Positions 56,086 to 64,000 of a stretch of DNA of 64,000 nucleotides are shown here, one piece after another (within the stretch, counting starts at the first letter, position 1; the number at the start of each line of letters is the position of its first letter). The translations under genes were made by a program, and so were the position numbers. The notes under the pieces are model-generated. The model was given only the letters and a program-made list of their open reading frames with translations. It did no database searches and had not been told where the DNA came from. Origin of the DNA: the human T2T-CHM13v2.0 reference genome, Homo sapiens; NCBI GenBank assembly GCA_009914755.4, contig CP086569.2, positions 736,001 to 800,000 of the forward strand. The letters are read 5' to 3'.

Positions 56086-56272
56086 CGGTGGCTCACGCCT
56101 GTCATCCCAGCACTTTGGGAGGCCGAGGCAGGTGGATCCCCTGAGGTCGGGAGTTCAAGACCAGCCTGACCAACGTGGAGAAACCCCGTCTCTACTAAAA
56201 ATACAAAAATTAGCCGGGCGTGGAGGCGGACTCCTGCAGTCCTAGCTACTCGGGAGGCTGAGGCAGGAGAAC
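56086..56272 (+). mobile_element. Alu fragment (plus; left monomer plus the start of the right monomer), 3'-truncated
   Basis: agcccggcacggtggctcacgcctgtcatcccagcactttgggaggccgaggcaggtggatcccctgaggtcgggagttcaagaccagcctgaccaacgtggagaaaccccgtctctactaaaaatacaaaaattagccgggcgtggaggcggactcctgcagtcctagctactcgggaggctgaggcaggagaa. Homology then stops. Confidence 0.85.
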
Positions 56273-56729
56273 TTCCTGAGGGACCTGCAGAAAGTCACAC
56301 CGACAAGCTACGGCTGACATTTTTTTCTGCTGACCCCAAATTTTTACAGAACCCTTCGCCTCCTTAGCCAGTTGCAAATCAGGGAAGTTTGGACTTCACC
56401 TATGACCTGTAAGCTTTGAGATGTCCCAGCTTTTTATAGCAAACCAATGTTACTTATGCCTCCTCTGCCTTGAAAATCCCATACGTGGGGGCCCCTGGGG
56501 AGGTCAGGAGTAAAGCATGGGGTGCCCGATCCTCTTGCCAAAGAAAACACCCTCCTTTCTCTCACGGCAAATCCCAATGTGGATGTTGGGCTTTGCTGTG
56601 TCCGGTGGGAGGACCCAAGAAAGTTCTGGAACAGAAACAGGGCTTTGAGGAGGTACCTCAAAGCTAAACAAGATAATGAGGGTGGTGTCCCAATGCAAAA
56701 AGGTTGGTGACCTCCTAAGAAAGAGGAAG

Positions 56730-58723
56730 AAATCTCTCTCTGTCTCTCCTCTCTTGATACCTCTCCATCTCTCTTCTCATCTCCTCTCTCTCTCTTTTTC
56801 TCTTTCTCAGCACCTCTCTGTCTCTGTCTCTCCTCTCCTCTCTTCTCCTCTTTCTCTCTCTCTCTCTTTTCTCTTTCGATATCTCTCCATCTCTCTTCTC
56901 ATCTCCTCTCTCTCTCTCTTTTTCTCTTTCTCAGCACCTCTCTGTCTCTGTCTCTCCTCTCCTCTCTTCTCCTCTTTCTCTCTCTCTCTCTTTTCTCTTT
57001 CGATATCTCTCCATCTCTCTTCTCATCTCCTCTCTCTCTCTCTTTTTCTCTTTCTCAGCACCTCTCTGTCTCTGTCTCTCCTCTCCTCTCTTCTCCTCTT
57101 TCTCTCTCTCTCTCTTTTCTCTTTCGATATCTCTCCATCTCTCTTCTCATCTCCTCTCTCTCTCTTTTTCTCTTTCTCAGCACCTCTCTGTCTCTGTCTC
57201 TCCTCTCCTCTCTTCTCCTCTTTCTCTCTCTCTCTCTTTTCTCTTTCGATATCTCTCCATCTCTCTTCTCATCTCCTCTCTCTTTTTCTCTTTCTCTCTT
57301 TCTTGGTACCTCTCTCTCCCCCTCTCTGTCTCTCCTCTCCACTCTTCTCCTCTCCCTCTGTCTCTCTGTCTGTCTCTCTATTTCTGCTTATTTTCTCCTC
57401 TCTCTCGATACCATGCTCTCTCTCTCCTCTTCTTTTCTCCTCCCTCTCTCTCTTTCTCCTTATTTTCTCCTCTCTCTGTCATTCTTGGTATCTCTCTTTC
57501 TCTCTCTCTCTCCTCACCTCTCTTCTCCTTTCTCTGTTTTCTCCTCTGTCTCTTTCTCAGTACCTTCCTCTCTCTCCTCTCTTCTCCTCTGTCTCTTTCT
57601 CTCCCTCTGCTTTTTGGTACCCCTTCCCCTCTTGTCTCCTCTTTTCTCTCTCTGTCTCTCTCTCTTACTCTGTATTTTCTCCTCTCTCTCTGTCTCTCTT
57701 TCTTGATCTCTCTCTCTCCTCTCTACTCTCTCTCTCTCTGTCTCTTTATTTTCTCCTCTGTCTCTCTTTCTCGGTACTTCTCTCTCGTCTCCTCTCTTCT
57801 CCTCTCTCTGTTTATTTCTCTCCTCCTCCTTCTCGGTACCCCCCTCCTCCTCTTTTCTCTTCTCTCTCTGTCTGTCTGTCCGTCTCTCTTTCTCTTTATT
57901 TTCTCCTCTCTCCCTCTCTTTCTCGGTACCTGTCTCTCTCTGTGTCTCCTCTCGTCTCTTCTCCTCTTTGTTTCTCTCTCTCTCTCTTTCTCGGTACCTC
58001 TCTCCCTCTATCTCCTCTCCTCTCTTCTCTCTCTCTCCCTCTCTCTCTTTCTCTGTATTTTCTCCTCTATCGCTTTCTCAGTACCTCTCTCTTTCCCCTC
58101 TCCTCTCTCTTTCTTTCTCTCTGTCTTTCTCTTTCTCTGTACCCACCTTTCTCTCTCCTCTCCTCTCTTCTTCTTTCTCTCTCTCTCTTTCTCTGTGTGC
58201 AGGAGTTCTTTCTCTCTGTCTCACTCACTCTCTCTCTTTCTCTGTATTTTCTCCTCTATCTCTCAGTACCTCTCTCTTTCCCCTCTCCTCTCTCCTTCTT
58301 TCTGTCTTTCTCTTTCTCTGTACCCACCTTTCTCTCTCCTCTCCTCTCTTCTTTCTCTCTCTCTCTTTCTCTGTGTGCAGTTCTTTCTCTCTGTCTCACT
58401 CGCTCTCTCTCTTTCTCTGTATTTTCTCCTCTATCTCTCAGTACCTCTCTCTTTCTCCTCCCCTCTCTTCTTCTTTCTCTCTGTCTTTCTCTTTCTCTGT
58501 ACCCCCTTCTCTCTCTCCTCTCCTCTCTTCTTCTCTCTCTCTCTCTTTCTCTGTATTTTCTCCTCTATCTCTTTCTCAGTACCTCTCTCTTTCCCCCTCC
58601 TCTCTCTTTCTTTCTGTCTTTCTCTTTCTCTGTACCCCCCTTCCTCTCTCTCTCTCTCTCTGTCTCTCTCTTCCTCTCTCTCTCTCTCTCTCCCTCCCTC
58701 TCTCTCTCTCCCTCCCTCTCTCT
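56730..58723. repeat. Polypyrimidine (CT-rich) complex array of about 2 kb with higher-order units: a 123-bp period (56760-57300), then about 140-190-bp periods (58040-58620)
   Basis: The plus strand is nearly pure C/T. cgatatctctccatctctcttctcatc occurs at 56878, 57001, 57124 and 57247, exactly 123 bp apart. ctgtattttctcctctatc occurs at about 58045, 58237, 58407 and 58549. The 729-, 392- and 263-aa Ser/Leu/Phe/Pro ORFs are artefacts. Confidence 0.95.
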
Positions 58724-58960
58724 GTCTGCAGAAGCATACATCAGGGAAATGCCCTGTGAGGACAGAGAGGGAAGGCAGCTGTCTGCACCCTGGAAGGGGC
58801 AAGGGAACCCTCTCCAAAACCCACCCATGCCAGCGACTCCCCAATTCTGGACTTGCAGCTTCTAGAGCTGTGAGAAAATAAAGGTTTCTTTTGCAGGCTG
58901 TACATTCTGAGCTGTTTTGCAATAACCAGCCCGAGCTGACGAACTGCGCTGTGTAGGCTC
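58724..58960 (+). mobile_element. MaLR (MLT1-like) LTR 3' portion flanking the CT array
   Basis: ctgcagaagcatacatcagggaaatgccctgtgaggacagagagggaaggcagctgtctgcaccctggaaggggcaagggaaccctctccaaaacccacccatgccagcgactccccaattctggacttgcagcttctagagctgtgagaaaataaaggtttcttttgcaggctgtacattctgagctgttttgcaataaccagcccgagctgac. The motif ggacttc/gcagc(c/t)tc(c/t)agaactgtgagaaa(a)taaa...tattttgttatagcagcc matches the MLT1 3' end. This suggests the CT array is an expanded ctctct segment of this LTR. Confidence 0.5.
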
Positions 58961-59348
58961 AGGTAGATAAGGATCCACCCAACATTCCCTCCTAGCTCAG
59001 GACAAAACTGGCAAGCGCCTCATGTTGTCGACCCATCCCCACGGCCCTGGAAGGTCCCGAAGCTGTCAGGAAAAGCTCATTTCTGTAAAAGCGTCTTCAC
59101 TCCTTTTAGAGGAAGCTGCTGACAGACTTTGCAGTGGTGCCCGATGTGACAAGCTGGGTCCAAAGAGCTCGGCGTTCAGGGCCAGGCTTAATGGGGAACA
59201 TGTCTCGGCCAGTGTTTCTACTTAATTAGGCCTTTTTCGTACCGATTGGACTATTTTTTATGACGGTCCAGTCCAACTGCCCCCAAACATGATAAACTGA
59301 TTACGTGTGCTCTGTTGCAAGAGTTTTTAATAAATATGAACCATCTGA

Positions 59349-59707
<359 letters not shown>

Positions 59708-60112
59708 CCAAACTTGTTTCTTTATTCCGTCTCAGTATTTAGGAAACATCCTTTAAGCCATGGAGCGATTTGAGATCAAAACAGAGCCCCTCCTTTTGAG
59801 ACGAAGGATCTGGGCGTCAAGAAGGGTCTGTAGCTTCTCCATGGGACCCTGTGGAGCTTGGAGGGCTCTGTCAAAGCTCTCACTGCAGAGAGCACAGGGT
59901 GTTCACTGGTGTGTGAGGCTTAGGGCCTTTGCAGGTTTAGAGAGTCTCAGGCGGCCTAAGTCATATTCATTCACTCACAGAGTCAGCGGCTCTGGCCACC
60001 CGCTGGCATGGGTGGCTTTTATCAAGGGCTTCCTTCCTCCTTCGAGGGTGGAGACAGCCGCCTTCTCGCTCTATCCTCTCAGGGCCTTTCCCAGGTGTGT
60101 ATGCTCCTGCAG

Positions 60113-61486
60113 AGAGAGAGAGAGAGAGAGACAGAAAGAAAGAAGAAGAGAGGAGAAGAGAGAGAGAGGGTGTACAGAGAAAGAGAAACAAAGAGAGAGA
60201 TGAGGGGGAAAGAGAGACAGAGAGAGAAAGAAACAGAAAGAGGAGACGACATGAGAGGAGAGAGAGACAAAGAGAGAGAGAAAGAGAAAGGTACCGAGAA
60301 AGAGAGGGAAGTAGGAGAAAAGGAAGAGAAAGAGACAGACAGAGAGAAAGAAGAAGAGGGGGGGGGTGTACAGAGAAACAGAGAGAGAGACAGAAAGAGA
60401 GAGAGGAGAGAGGAAAGAGAGAGGTGCTGAGAAAGAGAGAGAGGAGAGAGGAAAGAGAGAGGTGCTGAGAAAGAGAGAGAGGAGAAAATAAAGAGAGAGA
60501 GAGAGAAAGACAGAGAGAAACGAGAGGAGAAGAGATAGAGGGAGAGAGGTACCAAGAAAGAGAGAAAGAGACAGAGAGAAGGAAGAAGAGAGGAGAGGAA
60601 AGGGGAGGTGTATGGAGAAAGAGAGAGAGAAAGAAAGAGAGAGGAGAGGGGAAAGAGAGAGGTGCTGAGAAAGAGAGAGAGGAGACAATAAAGAGAGAGA
60701 GAGAAAGACAGAGAGAAACGAGAGGAGAGGAGATAGAGGGAGAGAGGTACCAAGAAAGAGAGAGAGAGAGGCAGAGAGAAAGAAGAAGAGAGGAGAGAGA
60801 GGGGGTGTACTGAGAAAGAGAGAGAGGGAAAGAAAGAAAGAGAGGAGAGGGGAAAGAGAGCAGTACTGAGAAAGAGAGAAAAAAGAGAGAGAGAGAAAGA
60901 GAGAAATGAGAGGAGAGGAGATAGAGGGAGAGACGTACCAGGAAAGAGAGAGAGACAGAGAGACAGAAAGACAGAAAGAAGAGAGGAGAGGAGAGGGGGT
61001 GTACAGAGAGAGAGTAGAGGGGAAAGAGAGGTACTGAGAAAGAGAGAGAGGAAAAAATACAGAGAAAGAGAGAGACAGAGAGAGATGACAGGAGAGGAGA
61101 TAGAGGGAGAGAGGTACCAAGAAAGAGAGAGAGGGAGAGAGACAGAGAGAGAAAGAAGAAGAGAGGAGAGGAAAGAGAGGGGGGTGTATAGAGAAAGAGA
61201 GAGAGAAAGAAAGAGAGAGAGGAGAGAGGAAAGAGAGAGGTACTGAGAAAGAGAGAGAGGAGAACATACAGAGAAAGAGTGAGAGAGACAGAGAGAGAGG
61301 AGAGAGGAGAGGGGATAGAAGGAGAGAGGTACTGAGAAAGCGAGAGAGAGAGAGAGAAGAAGAGATGAGAGGAGAGAGAGGAGGGTGTACAGAAAAAGAG
61401 AGAGAGAGAAAGAGAGGAGAGGGGAAAGAGAGAGGTACTGAGAAAGAGTGAGAGAAGGAAATAAAGAGAAGGAGAGATAAAGAAAC
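60113..61486. repeat. Polypurine (GA-rich) complex array of about 1.4 kb with about 190-bp higher-order units; the reverse-complement paralogue of the CT array at 56730-58723
   Basis: gagaggtaccaagaaagagag occurs at about 60548, 60737, 60930 and 61118. agaggtgctgagaaagagagagaggag occurs at about 60420, 60457 and 60660. These are reverse complements of ctctttcttggtacctctc and ctctttctcagcacctct from the CT array. The 506- and 398-aa minus-strand ORFs are artefacts. Confidence 0.95.
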
Positions 61487-61716
61487 AGAGTCAGCGGCTC
61501 TTCATTTGCTGGTCCACACACAAGCCCACCAGGATAGACAGTGAAGCAGCTGAACTGTAGACAGAAGAGAGGGTAGAAGGCATTTGCAGCAAGACACACG
61601 GGAAAGGATGACCCAAAACCGTGATGCGAGTTTGAGAGTCAGACTCGATATACCAGCATTATTACCCAATAAAGGCCAAACAGGGATTCTAGGAGGGCCT
61701 TGATATTTTTGTCTTA

Positions 61717-62244
<528 letters not shown>

Positions 62245-62479
62245 CTAATCAGCTGTTGGCACAGCTAGAATATAATCAGGCACAAAAATGTGCAAAGAGA
62301 GAGTGGCCTAGCCTCCCAGCCTCCATCTTTCTCCCATGCTGGATGCTTCCTGCCCTCGAACATCTGACTGCAAGTTCTTCAGTTTTGGGACTGGGAATGG
62401 CTCTTCTTGCTCCTCAGCCTGCAGACAGCCTGTTGTAGGACCTGGTGATTGTGTGAGTTCATACTTAATAAACTCCCAT

Positions 62480-62592
62480 TTATAGATAGATACATAGATA
62501 GATAGATGATAGATAGACAGACAGACAGACAGATAGATAGATAGATAGATAGACAGATAGATAGATACATAGACAGATACACAGATAGATAT

Positions 62593-62623
<31 letters not shown>

Positions 62624-63333
62624 CATAGATACATAGATAGATACATAGATTGATACATAGATACACAGATAGAAAGATACATACATACATACATACATAC
62701 ATACATACATACATACATACGTACGTACATAGATAGATGATAGATAGATAGATAGACAGATAGATACATAGATAGATATACAGATACATAGATAGATAGA
62801 AAGATACATAGGTAGACGGATTGATACATAGATAGATAGATACATACATACATACATACATAAACACATAGATACATAGATACATACATACATAGATACA
62901 TAGATAGATACATACATACATATATACATATATACATAGATACATATATACATAGATACATAGGTACATACATAGATAGATACATACATACATAGATAAA
63001 TAGATAGGTACATAGATAGATACATACATACATAGATACATAGAAAGATACATAGATAGATAGATACATACATACATACATAGACAGATACATAGATAGA
63101 TAGATACATAGATACATAGATAGATAGATAGATGCATACATACATACATACACAGATAGATACATAGATAGATAGATACACAGTTAGATGATAGATAGAT
63201 AGATAGATGATAGATAGATAATAGATATATACATACACAGATAGATGCACAGATAGATGATAGATAGATACATAGATAGATAGATACATACATACATACA
63301 CAGACACATAGATACATAGATACACAGTTAGAT

Positions 63334-63372
<39 letters not shown>

Positions 63373-63470
63373 CATACATACATACACAGATAGATAGATA
63401 GATGCACAGATAGATGATAGATAGATAGATAGATAGATACATACATACATACATAGATACACAGTTAGAT

Positions 63471-63501
<31 letters not shown>

Positions 63502-63561
63502 CATACATACATACACAGATAGATAGATAGATGCACAGATAGATGATAGATAGATAGATAC

Positions 63562-63604
<43 letters not shown>

Positions 63605-64000
63605 CATACATACATACATACATAGATACACAGATAGATACATAGATACACAGTTAGATGATAGATACATAGATACATAGATAGATAGATGCATACATAC
63701 ATATGTACACAGATAGATACATACACAGATAGATACACAGTTAGATGATAGATAGATAATAGATAGATAGATACATACACAGATAGATACATAGATGCAC
63801 AGATAGATGATAGATAGATAGATACATAGATACATAGATAGATAGATAGATACATACATACATACATAGATACACAGATAGATACATAGATACACAGAAG
63901 ATAGATAGATAGATGATAGATAGATACATACATACATAGATACACAGATAGATACATAGATACATAGATAGACAGATAGATGATAGATAGATAGATAGAT
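62480..64000. repeat. Complex (GATA)n/(CATA)n/(GACA)n tetranucleotide array of at least 1.5 kb, running off the window end
   Basis: gatagatagatgatagatagacagacagacagacagatagatag, acatacatacatacatacatacatacatacgtacgtacat (62685-62745), and the recurring block gatacacagttagatgatagatagatag. The Tyr/Leu/Ser/Ile/Cys-rich minus-strand ORFs (485, 355, 285 aa) are artefacts. Confidence 0.95.

Noticed and set aside
56676-58881. Very long plus-strand ORFs (729 aa, 392 aa, 263 aa) rich in Ser/Leu/Phe/Pro
   Set aside because: They lie entirely within the CT-rich polypyrimidine array. The absence of stops comes from the two-letter composition (no TAA/TAG/TGA is possible in pure C/T). The periodic peptide mirrors the 123-bp unit. 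It is not a gene.
60071-61599. Minus-strand ORFs of 506 and 398 aa plus Arg/Glu-rich plus-strand ORFs
   Set aside because: Same artefact in the GA-rich array, which read on the minus strand is C/T-only. The plus-strand RERERE peptides come from the GAGAGA composition.
62308-63965. Minus-strand ORFs of 285-485 aa (Tyr/Leu/Ser/Ile/Cys/Val/Met-rich)
   Set aside because: They are the translation of the (TATC)n/(TATG)n tetranucleotide array. A 4-nt period cycles the three frames through stop-free codons (TAT/CTA/TCT/ATC...).

Overview
This window is primate (almost certainly human) nuclear DNA, not a prokaryotic locus. I found no protein-coding gene, RNA gene, CRISPR array or operon-like system that the sequence supports. 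Every long ORF in the supplied track lies inside a tandem repeat or an Alu and reads as a periodic low-complexity peptide, so these are translation artefacts.

What is present:
- A dense field of about 60 Alu SINEs or Alu fragments on both strands, several with recognisable target-site duplications.
- Three L1 3'-end fragments on the minus strand, one interrupted by a young Alu.
- Several fragments resembling MaLR/MLT1 LTRs.
- Seven complex GATA/ATCT-family tetranucleotide arrays, about 7 kb in total.
- Four kilobase-scale polypurine/polypyrimidine arrays.
- Four distinct minisatellites with units of about 26, 45, 50 and 29 bp (the last AT-rich).

The structures I consider most worth follow-up:
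1. A roughly 4.8-kb palindrome-like inverted duplication: a CT-rich array (56.7-58.8 kb) and its reverse-complement GA-rich array (60.0-61.5 kb), separated by a roughly 1.1-kb spacer.
2. An eight-copy tandem array whose 345-360-bp unit is a complete Alu plus a short flank (38.85-41.6 kb).
3. A 45-bp minisatellite of about 33 copies that stays open in several frames (36.47-37.95 kb).
4. An AT-rich roughly 29-bp minisatellite resembling the repeats at rare fragile sites (50.0-51.2 kb).
5. A roughly 410-bp tandem triplication that carries an Alu (22.6-24.1 kb).
6. Paralogous GATA higher-order arrays 4.5 kb apart (28.5-29.0 kb and 33.3-34.5 kb).

All coordinates were read by eye and carry about +/-10 bp uncertainty.
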